NCBI GenBank assembly: GCA_964513155.1
Contig: CAZEMA010000004.1
Coordinates: 5,284 to 60,609, forward strand
Origin: an uncultured Anaerolineaceae bacterium
GTDB lineage: Bacteria > Chloroflexota > Anaerolineae > Anaerolineales > E44-bin32
DNA length: 55,326 bases
Reading direction: 5' to 3'
The notes under the pieces are model-generated. The model was not told where the DNA came from and did not search any database. It worked only from the letters and a program-made list of their open reading frames with translations. The translations under genes and the position numbers were made by a program. Shown here one piece after another: positions 26,890 to 35,933 of this stretch (the stretch's first letter is position 1; each line of letters starts with the position of its first letter).

Positions 26890-26897
26890 CCAGCACC

Positions 26898-27159
26898 ATG
26901 TGCCCTGAGATCCTAACCCTCAACTACGTCGATGGCGGCTGGCGGCCGTCCGGCGCGGCGGTTCCGCTACGAGGTCGAAGCCGGGAACATTGGCATCAAC
27001 ATCGGCGTGGCCGCGCCGATGGCTTTCTTCCCCTTCAGCGGCTGGAAAGAGAGCTTCTTCGGCGACTTGCACGGCCAGGGCCTGGACGCGGTCGGGTTCT
27101 TCACCCAGAAGAAGGTCGTGATCGAGCGCTGGCCTAGGGAATGGTCGCGCACGTCCTAA
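26898..27159 (+). pseudogene. Internally deleted (CoA-acylating methylmalonate-semialdehyde type) aldehyde dehydrogenase remnant
   Basis: Frame A (26898-) reads ...[13 protein letters not shown], an ALDH N-terminus. Frame B (26932-27159) reads [56 protein letters not shown], an MmsA/IolA-type C-terminus. Roughly 400 aa of the middle is missing. Confidence 0.7.
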
Positions 27160-27261
27160 TACCGTGCACAGGAGCCACCTCACGCGGGGGCGCCGCTTCC
27201 CGCCAGCCGACGTGGACACGAGCAGGCAACCAAGGCCACATCCGCAAGCCAGGAGAGACCC

Positions 27262-27915
27262 ATGAGCCAAGAGATGTTCGATGAGATGGCCCAGAGCATC
27301 ATCGATGGCGAACCCGACATCGCCGCGGCGCTGGCCAAGCGGGCCGTAGCCGAGGGGGTCGACCCTCTAGATGCGGTCAACAAAGGATTCCTCATTGGTG
27401 TCAACCGCGTCGGAGAGATGTTCAGCTGCGGGGAGGCCTTTCTTCCCGATCTCGTCTTGGCCGGCGAGGCAATGAAGGCCGCCGTCGCCGTGCTCGATCC
27501 GGAGCTAGCGAAGAGCGGCCTGCAGCGGCAGACGTTGGGCAAGGTGGTGATTGGCACGGTCCAGGGAGACATCCACGACATCGGCAAGACGCTGGTCGCG
27601 ACCTTGCTGGCTGCCGGCGGCTTCGAGGTCTACGATCTCGGGGTAGACGTCTCGGCCGAGGAGTTCGCCGAGAAAGCGCGGCACGTCGGCGCCAGCATCG
27701 TCGGTCTAAGCGCTCTGCTGACCACGACGATGGTCAATCAGAAGACGGTCATCGAGGCCCTGGACGATCTGGGACTCCGGCCGAAGGTCAAGGTGATGGT
27801 CGGGGGTGCGCCGGTGACGCGGACTTGGGCCGAACAGATCGGCGCAGATGGCTACAGTGAGGACGCCATCGGCGCCGTGGGGGAGGCCAAGAGACTGATG
27901 GGAGGCGCCTCATGA
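27262..27915 (+). CDS. Cobalamin-binding corrinoid protein (MtgC/MttC/MtbC type)
   Basis: It has an N-terminal four-helix cap (B12-binding_2-like), a DxHxxG motif (GDIHDIGK, D at nt 27568), an SxL motif (GLSALLT) and a GG motif (VMVGGAPV). The protein is 217 aa. Confidence 0.85.
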   Translation: MSQEMFDEMAQSIIDGEPDIAAALAKRAVAEGVDPLDAVNKGFLIGVNRVGEMFSCGEAFLPDLVLAGEAMKAAVAVLDPELAKSGLQRQTLGKVVIGTVQGDIHDIGKTLVATLLAAGGFEVYDLGVDVSAEEFAEKARHVGASIVGLSALLTTTMVNQKTVIEALDDLGLRPKVKVMVGGAPVTRTWAEQIGADGYSEDAIGAVGEAKRLMGGAS

Positions 27916-29096
27916 GAGTCCTGCTCCTCGGGACCGGCTCCGTTGGAGAGGCCATTGCGCTTGTTGCCCACAAGCGGCCCTGGCTCGAAGGCCTGGTCCT
28001 AGCGGACTACAACCTCGAACGCGCCCGGACGGTCCAGGCCCGGTTAGGGCCGCCGGAGGTGTTCCCGGTCGAGCAGGTCGATGCGCGCGACACCCGGCGG
28101 GTCGTCCAGCTGGCCCGCCAGCATCGCGCCAACCTGATCATGAATGCCGTGAGCAGCATTTACAACGACTCGGTGTTCGACGCGGCCTTCGAGGCCGGAT
28201 GCGGATACATCGACATGGCCATGTCGGGCACCGGCGCCGAGATGGGCAGCTACCAGTTCGGCCAGGCCGCGCGCTGGGAGCAAAGGGGGCTGCTGGCCCT
28301 GCTGTGCATGGGGATGGATCCAGGGGTCTCGGACGTTTTCGCCAAGTACGCCGAGAAGCACCTCTTCGACGAGATCGACGAAATCGGCATCCGCGACGGC
28401 GCCAATCTGGCGCTGCAGGGTTACGCATTCGCACCAACCTTTTCGGTTATCGACACCGTAGAGGAGTGCACCGATCTGCCGCTCATCTGGGAGCGCGAGC
28501 GCGGATGGTACACGACGGAGCCGTTCTCCGAGCCGGAGCTCTTCGATTTCCCCGAAGGGATCGGCCCCCTCAAGTGCATCAACATCGAGCACGAGGAGGT
28601 GGTGCTGGTGCCGCGTTGGGTCAAGTGCCGAAGGGTCACCTTCAAGTACAGCCTCGACGACGAGTTCCTGAGCATCATCAAGGCCATCAAAACGCTTGGC
28701 TTGGAGAGCTCCGTCCCGGTAGACATCAAGGGGTTGCGGGTTGCGCCGCGCGATCTCCTGGCCGCCTTGCTCCCCGATCCCGCCAGCCTGGGGGACAAGA
28801 TGAAGGGCAAGACCTGCGTCGGCACGTGGGTCAAGGGTGTCAAGGACGGCAGGCCTCGCCAGGTCTACCTCTACCAGTCCACCGACAACGCCTTTAGCAT
28901 GGAGCGCTACGGCTGCCAGGCCGTCGGACTCCAGACCGGGATCGGGCCGGTGATTGCCATGGAACTCCTGGCGACCGGCGTCTGGCAGGGCCGGGGCGTC
29001 CTCGGCCCGGAGGCGTTCGACCCCGACCCGTTCCTGGCGCGCATGCCTGCGTTCGACTTCCCCTATGGGATCGTCGAGATGGGAGTGGACACATGA
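27912..29096 (+). CDS. Saccharopine-dehydrogenase-family NAD(P) oxidoreductase (paralog 2)
   Basis: There is an ATGA overlap with the corrinoid protein gene. [16 protein letters not shown] is a Rossmann motif. The protein is a strong paralog of the ORF at 21411-22622. Confidence 0.75.
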   Translation: MRVLLLGTGSVGEAIALVAHKRPWLEGLVLADYNLERARTVQARLGPPEVFPVEQVDARDTRRVVQLARQHRANLIMNAVSSIYNDSVFDAAFEAGCGYIDMAMSGTGAEMGSYQFGQAARWEQRGLLALLCMGMDPGVSDVFAKYAEKHLFDEIDEIGIRDGANLALQGYAFAPTFSVIDTVEECTDLPLIWERERGWYTTEPFSEPELFDFPEGIGPLKCINIEHEEVVLVPRWVKCRRVTFKYSLDDEFLSIIKAIKTLGLESSVPVDIKGLRVAPRDLLAALLPDPASLGDKMKGKTCVGTWVKGVKDGRPRQVYLYQSTDNAFSMERYGCQAVGLQTGIGPVIAMELLATGVWQGRGVLGPEAFDPDPFLARMPAFDFPYGIVEMGVDT

Positions 29097-30544
29097 ACGG
29101 CGGCCGGCCTCCGATTGAACCGCTGCGGACCCACCAGAGACTGCGCTGCCTGAGCGATCATCAACTCGACCAACTTCAGGAAGCGACGCTTCAGATCCTG
29201 GAGGAAGTGGGCGTCCGCTTTCCTTCGGAGAAGGCGCTCGCGATCCTGTCCGGCCACGGCGCCCGGGTTGACCCCAAGACACAGGTTGCCAGATTTCCAA
29301 GAGAACTCGTACTCGGGGCAATGTCGAGCGTGCCGCGGTACTTCCACCTCGGTGCCCGCGATCCCTCCCTTGACCTCCAGCTTCAGGACGGGGTCACCTA
29401 CTTCACCTCGGACGGATGCGGGGTCGAGACGGTCGACTTCGAGACCGGCCAGCGGCGTCCCTCGTGCAAGGCGGATGTGGCGCTCATGGCGCGCGTCTGC
29501 GACTATCTCTCGTCAATGGCCTTCTGCTGGCCGATGGTCAGCGCCCAGGATCATGGCAGGACCGCGCCCCTGCACGAGATGGACGCTTGCTGGAACAACA
29601 CCCTTAAGCATGTCCAGAGTGAGACGATCATGGGCGAGGCGCCGGCCCGCTACGCAGTCGAAATGGGCAGTGTGATCGCCGGCAGCCAGGACGAGCTTCG
29701 CCGCCGCCCGACGTTCTCCCTCGTGGTATGCACGATCGCCCCCCTGGTCCAGGATAAGGCCGGCATCGAGGGAGCGCTCGTCCTGGCTGAAGCCGGCGTG
29801 CCGGTCGGCTTTCTGGCCATGCCAACCATGGGGACCACTGCCCCGGCAAGCCTGCCAGGCGCGCTGGCCATGGCCGACGCCGAGATCGTCAGCGCCGCCG
29901 TGCTCATGCAGCTGGCCGCTCCCGGCGCCCCCGTGTTCCACTCGCTGATGCAGGCCTGGGCCGACCCGCGCTCGGGGGCCTACATAAGCTACCCGCTCGA
30001 CTCTCGCGGCCGCTATGCGCCCGTGGAGATGGCCCATCACTGGGGAATGCCAGCCCTGGGCGCCGCCTTCGGCACAGACGCCCCGGCTCCTGGCACCTGG
30101 CAATCGGCGGCTGAGGTCGCCCTGGATCCGTTCTGGGTCGCGCTGACGGGCGCCGAGTTCGTGACAGGCATCGGCCTCGCCGAAACGTATACGCTGCTGT
30201 ACCCCGAGGCCATCATCCTGGACGACGACCTGTACCACCGGGCCCGATATGCCTTGATGGACCTGGAGATCAACGCTGAGACATTGGCCGTCGAGGTCGT
30301 CCGCGCCGTGGGGCCCGCTGGTCACTTCCTGGCGCAGAAGCACACCCGCCAGCACATGCGCCAGGCGATGAAGCCTGCCATCACCCAGATGGCCGGGGAG
30401 AGTGCCAAGTACCTCGAACCGCGCCAGGCGGCGCGAGCCAAGCTCGAATGGATCCTGAAGAACCATCAACCGGAACCCCTGGAGGTAGCCAAGCGAGCCG
30501 AGCTCGAGCGAATCCTCGCCGCCGCCGACAAGGAACTGGGGTAG
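29093..30544 (+). CDS. MttB-superfamily (trimethylamine-methyltransferase-like) methyltransferase, non-pyrrolysine type, paralog A1
   Basis: There is an ATGA overlap with the upstream gene. The protein is 483 aa. LSDHQLDQLQEATLQILEEVGV is a typical MttB-family N-terminus. There is no internal in-frame TAG. Confidence 0.8.
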   Translation: MNGGRPPIEPLRTHQRLRCLSDHQLDQLQEATLQILEEVGVRFPSEKALAILSGHGARVDPKTQVARFPRELVLGAMSSVPRYFHLGARDPSLDLQLQDGVTYFTSDGCGVETVDFETGQRRPSCKADVALMARVCDYLSSMAFCWPMVSAQDHGRTAPLHEMDACWNNTLKHVQSETIMGEAPARYAVEMGSVIAGSQDELRRRPTFSLVVCTIAPLVQDKAGIEGALVLAEAGVPVGFLAMPTMGTTAPASLPGALAMADAEIVSAAVLMQLAAPGAPVFHSLMQAWADPRSGAYISYPLDSRGRYAPVEMAHHWGMPALGAAFGTDAPAPGTWQSAAEVALDPFWVALTGAEFVTGIGLAETYTLLYPEAIILDDDLYHRARYALMDLEINAETLAVEVVRAVGPAGHFLAQKHTRQHMRQAMKPAITQMAGESAKYLEPRQAARAKLEWILKNHQPEPLEVAKRAELERILAAADKELG

Positions 30545-30574
30545 CTAGGCGATCTGCGGCCAGGAGGCAATGAG

Positions 30575-32026
30575 TTGACAAGCGAAACCCCGAAGCTGCA
30601 GCCGATCGTGCCTGCCTACCACGTGCGCCTCCTGACGGACGAGCAGCTGGATCGGTTCAAGTCGGCGACACTCACGATCCTGGACGAGGTCGGCGTTCAC
30701 TGCCCCTCACAACGAGCTCGGGACATCTACGCCGAGCACGGCGCAAGGGTGGAGGCTGACCAGCAGATCGTCCGGCTCCCGCCGGCGATGGTCCTGGAGG
30801 CCATGTCCCACGCTCCTCGCTTCTACACCATGGGGGCGCGCCAGGCAGCGTATGACCTCCGGCTCGACGGGAAGGCAATGTACATCGCCACCGACGGCTG
30901 TGGCGTGGAGACCATTGACTTCTCAACTCGCCAGCGCCGCCCGTCAATGAAAGACGACGTTGCCAAGATGGCCCGGGTGGTCGATGCCCTCCCCTCGGTC
31001 GGCTTCTACTGGCCCATCGTCAGCGCCCAGGACCATCCGCCCACTGCCCCCTTGCACGAACTGGAAGCTTCATTCAACAATACGCTCAAGCACGTCCAGA
31101 CCGAGACCGTCATGGATGAGCGCATGGCGCGCTACGCTCTCGAAATGGCCCGGGTTATCGCCGGGGACGAGACCACGCTGCGCGGGCGTCCACCTCTCTC
31201 ATCGCTGATCTGCACGATTGCGCCCCTGGCCCAGGATGGGGGAGGGATGGAGTCGGCGCTGGTCTTCGCCGAGGCTGGGCTGCCCGTCGGTTTCATGTCG
31301 ATGGCCAACACGGGCTCCACCGGGCCGGGGACGATCGCGGGCACGCTGGCCGCGGCCGACGCCGAGATCGTGGCGGCGCTGGTGCTGATCCAACTAGCGT
31401 TTCCGGGTGCTCCGGTATATCACTCCATGATGCCCGGGATCATGCACCCCCGCACCGGGGCGTATCTGGGCACGGCCTGGGAGGGCGACGTCTTCTACCC
31501 CCTGGGCGTCGAACTCGCCCACAACTGGGGCGTGCCGACTCTGGCCGGATGCTTTGGCACAGACGCCAGCGTGCCGGGCTGGCAGGCAGCCGCCGAGGCG
31601 CCTGCCTCCTTGCTCCTGTGTGCTCTGTGCGGCGCGGAGACAGGCAGTGGCATGGGGCTGCTGGAATCCTGCACCGTGCTTTACCCCGAGGCAGTGCTCC
31701 TGGACACCGACATCTACCACCGGGTGCGTATCCTGGCGGGATACCTCGAGACCGGACCCGAGGCTCTGGCCCTAGATGTGGTCCGGCAGGTCGGCCCGCG
31801 TGGCCAGTACCTGCGGAAACGCCATACCCGGGATCACCTGCGCCGCCTGAGCTTCTCGGAGCTCACCGCCCAACCCCTGCCAGGAGGCGGCTATCGGGAC
31901 CCTGTCGAGGTAGCCCGTGAGAAGGTAGACTGGATTTTGCAGAATCACCAGCCGGAGCCGTTGGAGTCCTACAAGCAAGACGAACTGGCAAGGATCCTTC
32001 GATCGGCGGAAGCGGAGCTGGCATGA
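30575..32026 (+). CDS. MttB-superfamily methyltransferase, non-pyrrolysine type, paralog A2
   Basis: A TTG start lies 7 nt after AGGAGG. The protein is 483 aa and colinear with A1 (TDGCGVETIDF, WPIVSAQDH, NNTLKHVQTE, HQPEPLE). Confidence 0.8.
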   Translation: MTSETPKLQPIVPAYHVRLLTDEQLDRFKSATLTILDEVGVHCPSQRARDIYAEHGARVEADQQIVRLPPAMVLEAMSHAPRFYTMGARQAAYDLRLDGKAMYIATDGCGVETIDFSTRQRRPSMKDDVAKMARVVDALPSVGFYWPIVSAQDHPPTAPLHELEASFNNTLKHVQTETVMDERMARYALEMARVIAGDETTLRGRPPLSSLICTIAPLAQDGGGMESALVFAEAGLPVGFMSMANTGSTGPGTIAGTLAAADAEIVAALVLIQLAFPGAPVYHSMMPGIMHPRTGAYLGTAWEGDVFYPLGVELAHNWGVPTLAGCFGTDASVPGWQAAAEAPASLLLCALCGAETGSGMGLLESCTVLYPEAVLLDTDIYHRVRILAGYLETGPEALALDVVRQVGPRGQYLRKRHTRDHLRRLSFSELTAQPLPGGGYRDPVEVAREKVDWILQNHQPEPLESYKQDELARILRSAEAELA

Positions 32027-32091
32027 GGCCGGGCCGAGGGCCAATGTCACAAGGTAACCACGGCCGGTGATGTTATCAGGAGGAGGGAGAG

Positions 32092-33837
32092 ATGCACGAC
32101 AAGTCTGAGCGCAGACGATGGATTGGGCTCACCTGGGTGGCTGTGCTGGCCATCGTGCTGGCCGGTTGCGGGACCCCGCAGCCGGAGGGGCCGACCCCCG
32201 AAGCCCCACCAGCCACGGCTGGACCCGGCGAGTTGTCCACCATCGTCATGGTCATCCCCGAGGATCCGCCTAGCTTCAACGGGTTGGTGACCGATGCCGG
32301 ATACGACTCGCTCGTTATGGAGCTCGTCCTGCTGAGCGTGACGGACATCGATCCCCAGGGCAATATCTTCCCCGAACTGGCTGCTTCTCTGCCAACGGTC
32401 GAGAACGGCGGGGTCGTCCTGGATGAGGCGAGCGGCGCCATGGACGTCACCTGGACCCTGCGCAACGATGTCTCCTGGGCGGACGGCGAGCCGGTGACCG
32501 CGGACGACGTGATCTTCACCTGGGAGGCGATCAACGCGCCCGAAGGTGGAATCTGGGTCCAGGGATCCGACTACGTCGACAGCGTTGAGAAGATCGACGA
32601 GTTCACTTTCGTCGTCCACTACACCTCCGTCTACACCGGCTACCTGACCCAGTTCGGCGGCGACCAGGTGGTCATCTGGCCTCACCACTACTGCGACGCG
32701 TCGCAGGGCTTTGTCGCCTGGGACTGCAACCGCCAGCCTCTGAGCGACGGCCCGTACATCCTCGAGGAGTGGGAGGAAGGCGACCACCTCACCTTCGTCC
32801 GCAACCCCATGTTCTACCAGGCCGGCAAGCCCTTGATTGACCGGATCATCATCCGCATCGTGCCTGAGGCGGCCGTGCGCCAGACCATGATGGCCCGGGG
32901 GGACGCCGATGTCGATGTCTGGGTGACGGAAGCGGGCATCGAGGAACTGAGCAGCGCCCCCGATGTCGCCGTCAGCATGGCCCCCAACCCCCGGTGGGTG
33001 TTCCGGCTCATCCCCAACCTGGCCGCTCGCGGAACCATCGATGCCGCGGCCACGCCCCACCCGATTCTCTCAGACGTGCGCGTGCGCCAGGCCATGCGCA
33101 TGGCGATTGACGTTGAGACCATTTCCCAGACCGTGTTCCGTGGCTATGGCCAGCCGATCTGGACGGAGTTCTTCCGCCCGCCCTACATCTGTACGATCAC
33201 CCGCCCCGCGTACGACCCCGAAGGGGCCCAGGCGATGCTGGAGTCGGCCGGTTGGGTTGACATCAATGACGACGGGGTCCGAGAGTGCCAGGGTTGCCTG
33301 AATGCTCCCGAGGGCTACCGCATGTCGATGGAATTCGCCACCTACGGTGAGTACGGCCCGGAGCTCGAACTGGCCCAGCAGTTGATCGGCGAGATGTTGG
33401 GCAGGATCGGCTTCGAGTTGCAGCTGCGGGTCCTCCAGGGACCGGTGATGTGGGCCGACCAGGCCAGCGGCGGCACCGAGCAGAATGGTCAGTTCGACCT
33501 CGACATGTACGATGATGGCTACCCCGGCGTGGACCCGACCGAGCATCTGTACTTCTATTACTACTCGGCCTCCGCCGTGCCCGATGCCGGCTTCAACGTC
33601 GGCCGGTGGATCAGCCCGGAATTCGACGCCTTGCTGGACGAGGCCTACACACTGGACGAAGCGCGGCGCCAGGAAGTGTTCTGCCAGATCGCCCAATTGC
33701 TGGACGAACAACTGCCGCAGATCCTGCTCTTCTCTGCCGTCAATGCCGACGCCCATTCCACGCGGCTTGAGGGCGTGCAATCCACGGTCAACGACATGGT
33801 GACCTGGAATGTCGCCGACTGGAGGCTCACCCAGTAG
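32092..33837 (+). CDS. Family-5 (Opp/Dpp/opine/nickel type) ABC substrate-binding lipoprotein
   Basis: An AGGAGGAGGGAG SD lies upstream. The lipobox is VLAGCG. The protein is 581 aa and has the SBP_bac_5 look (DVxWSDGEPVTADDVxFTWE). Confidence 0.85.
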   Translation: MHDKSERRRWIGLTWVAVLAIVLAGCGTPQPEGPTPEAPPATAGPGELSTIVMVIPEDPPSFNGLVTDAGYDSLVMELVLLSVTDIDPQGNIFPELAASLPTVENGGVVLDEASGAMDVTWTLRNDVSWADGEPVTADDVIFTWEAINAPEGGIWVQGSDYVDSVEKIDEFTFVVHYTSVYTGYLTQFGGDQVVIWPHHYCDASQGFVAWDCNRQPLSDGPYILEEWEEGDHLTFVRNPMFYQAGKPLIDRIIIRIVPEAAVRQTMMARGDADVDVWVTEAGIEELSSAPDVAVSMAPNPRWVFRLIPNLAARGTIDAAATPHPILSDVRVRQAMRMAIDVETISQTVFRGYGQPIWTEFFRPPYICTITRPAYDPEGAQAMLESAGWVDINDDGVRECQGCLNAPEGYRMSMEFATYGEYGPELELAQQLIGEMLGRIGFELQLRVLQGPVMWADQASGGTEQNGQFDLDMYDDGYPGVDPTEHLYFYYYSASAVPDAGFNVGRWISPEFDALLDEAYTLDEARRQEVFCQIAQLLDEQLPQILLFSAVNADAHSTRLEGVQSTVNDMVTWNVADWRLTQ

Positions 33838-33857
33838 CGGGGGGGGTTGCCCCTCCC

Positions 33858-33896
33858 GGCTCGCAGGTGCGACCGTTGCGGACGCACCTGCGAGCC
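33858..33896 (+). terminator. Intra-operon 14-bp perfect hairpin between the SBP and permease genes
   Basis: ggctcgcaggtgcg-(11 nt)-cgcacctgcgagcc lies 21 nt after the SBP stop and 17 nt before the permease start. Confidence 0.5.
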
Positions 33897-33912
33897 ATGA
33901 TTTGGGGATGAC

Positions 33913-34953
33913 ATGGGTCGCTACATCGCCCGGCGTCTGCTGCAGGCCATCCCGATGCTCTTCCTGCTCAGCCTCGTGCTGTTCACCTTGGTCAACCTGG
34001 CTCCCGGTGGGCCCCTGGCCAGCCAAGGTGTGTCGCGCCATGTCTCCCCGGAACGGCTGGAAAGGCTGAGGCGCGAATTCGGCCTGGATAAGCCCCTGGC
34101 CGTTCAGTATGTCATCTGGCTGATCGGAAATGACTGGATGAGGGTCGACGCGGACGGGGACGGTGTGCCAGACAGCTACGGCCAGCGCCGGGGCATCTTG
34201 CGAGGCGACTTCGGGTCCTCCTTCCGCACCCGCCAGCCGGTCCTCCAGGAGATCGCTGATCGCCTGCCCAATACCGCCTACCTGATGGCAGTCACCATCG
34301 TGGTCGTCGGTGTCATTGCCATTCCGGTGGGAGTCTTCTCAGCCGTCAGGCAATACTCCCTATTCGACATCGGCGTGACAACCTTGTCTTTCATGGGACA
34401 GGCGATCCCCGAGTTCTGGCTGGGCCTCATCCTGATCTTGATCTTCTACGCCCGCTTGGAGAACCCATTTACCGGCGCGCCCTTGCTCCCCTCGGGCGGG
34501 ATGTATACCCTGGGAATGGGCTTCTCGCTCTTGGATCGGATCAAGCATTTGATTCTGCCGGTCACGATGGGAGCCGTCGGCTGGGTTGCCTGGTACTCGC
34601 GCTTCCTGCGCTCCGGCATGCTGGACGTGATCAACCAGGACTACGTCCGCACCGCACGGGCCAAGGGCTTGGCCGAACGCAAGGTCCTGTACCGGCATGC
34701 CCTCAAGAACGCCTTGATCCCTCTGCTGACGATCTTCGGCCTGGACTTGCCCTACATTTTCACCGGATCCCTCTACGTCGAGCTGCTCTTCTCCTGGCCT
34801 GGCATGGGCAGGCTCTACTACCAAGCTGCGCTGGCTCGTGACTACCCACTCTTGATGGCCGTCCTGATCATCGCCTCGGCGACGACCGTCATCTGCAACC
34901 TGGTGGCCGACATCAGCTATGGCTACCTCGATCCCAGGATCCAGTATGAGTAG
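33913..34953 (+). CDS. ABC permease, DppB/OppB-like
   Basis: MGRYIARRLLQAIPMLFLLSLVLF is a typical N-terminus. The EAA-like region is YVRTARAKGL. Confidence 0.85.
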   Translation: MGRYIARRLLQAIPMLFLLSLVLFTLVNLAPGGPLASQGVSRHVSPERLERLRREFGLDKPLAVQYVIWLIGNDWMRVDADGDGVPDSYGQRRGILRGDFGSSFRTRQPVLQEIADRLPNTAYLMAVTIVVVGVIAIPVGVFSAVRQYSLFDIGVTTLSFMGQAIPEFWLGLILILIFYARLENPFTGAPLLPSGGMYTLGMGFSLLDRIKHLILPVTMGAVGWVAWYSRFLRSGMLDVINQDYVRTARAKGLAERKVLYRHALKNALIPLLTIFGLDLPYIFTGSLYVELLFSWPGMGRLYYQAALARDYPLLMAVLIIASATTVICNLVADISYGYLDPRIQYE

Positions 34954-35914
34954 CGACGGCGGCGCCGTGCGGGACGCCAGGACCTCGGCCCAAAGGGCCC
35001 GCGATCGTGCCCTCGAATCCGAGCACCTCGGTTCAGACCGGGGGTCGTTGGTATGGCGCCGCTTCCGCAGTCACCCAGGGGCCGTTGTGGGCACGATGGT
35101 CCTGGCGGTCCTGATCCTCATGGTCCTGCTCGCGCCGGCGTTGCCCCACGACCCGGAGCTCTCGTCGATGTCCGAGCGGCTCCAGCCCCCCTCCTTGTCC
35201 CATCCTATGGGCACAGACGCGTTGGGCCGGGACCTGCTCACTCGCGTTCTGTATGGGGGGCGCATCTCGCTGTCGGTGGGTCTGATGGTCGTGGCGATCA
35301 CGCTGGTCATCGGGGTGCCCATCGGGGCCGTCACCGGCTACTTCGGTGGATGGATCGACGATGTTCTGATGCGGATCACGGACGCCGCCCTCAGTCTGCC
35401 GGCCATTCTCGTGCTCATCCTGCTGAGCGCCGTCCTGCAGGAGATCCCGGTGCCCTTCATCCAGCACAACAACGTGCTGATGATCGCCGTGGTGATTGGC
35501 TCCCTCTCCTGGATGACGGTCGCCCGTCTGGTGAGGGCCAGCTTCCTCACCTTCCGGGAAATGGACTTCGTCACCGCCGCCCGCTGCATTGGCGCGCCCA
35601 ACTTCCGGATCATGGCCCGACACATCCTGCCGAACGCGGTCGGCCCCATCGTGGTCGAATCCACGCTCGAGGTTGGCTACGCCATCATGGAGGAATCCGG
35701 ATTGAGCTTCCTGGGTTTCGGCATCCAACCCCCGACGCCCAGCTGGGGAAACCTGCTCAGCAACGCACAAGACCATCTCATTCGAGAACCCTGGCTGGCC
35801 ATCTTCCCCGGGTTGATGATCTTCCTGACGATCATCTCGGTCAACTACATCGGCGACGGGGTACGGGATGCATTCGATCCCTACAAGGTACTCAAGAAGA
35901 TCGGGCAAGTCTGA
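34946..35914 (+). CDS. ABC permease, DppC/OppC-like
   Basis: The ATG at 34946 overlaps the upstream stop by 8 nt. HPMGTDALGRDLLTRVLYG and FVTAARCIGA are DppC-family motifs. Confidence 0.85.
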   Translation: MSSDGGAVRDARTSAQRARDRALESEHLGSDRGSLVWRRFRSHPGAVVGTMVLAVLILMVLLAPALPHDPELSSMSERLQPPSLSHPMGTDALGRDLLTRVLYGGRISLSVGLMVVAITLVIGVPIGAVTGYFGGWIDDVLMRITDAALSLPAILVLILLSAVLQEIPVPFIQHNNVLMIAVVIGSLSWMTVARLVRASFLTFREMDFVTAARCIGAPNFRIMARHILPNAVGPIVVESTLEVGYAIMEESGLSFLGFGIQPPTPSWGNLLSNAQDHLIREPWLAIFPGLMIFLTIISVNYIGDGVRDAFDPYKVLKKIGQV

Positions 35915-35933
35915 GGTTCCCCACAGGTGAGAG

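Noticed and set aside
26890-27261. A possible cobalamin riboswitch ahead of the corrinoid protein gene. I also considered 2136-2502 for the same reason.
   Set aside because: I could not find the conserved B12-box or GCCACTG-type core by eye. The region is better explained as the ALDH gene remnant. This was not a covariance-model search, so the rejection is provisional.
30542-30577. MttB A1 ends in TAG and is in the same frame as MttB A2. The 10 codons between them contain no stop, so amber read-through (pyrrolysine?) would fuse two MttB domains.
   Set aside because: TAG is a routine stop in this window, for example for the ORFs ending at 3069, 6965, 8168, 21226, 25493, 26889, 33837, 38839 and 40237. 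An AGGAGG SD sits 7 nt before the A2 start. No pylTSBCD genes are present. The same frame with no stop over 30 GC-rich nt is easily chance. It would only be worth a look if pyl genes exist elsewhere.
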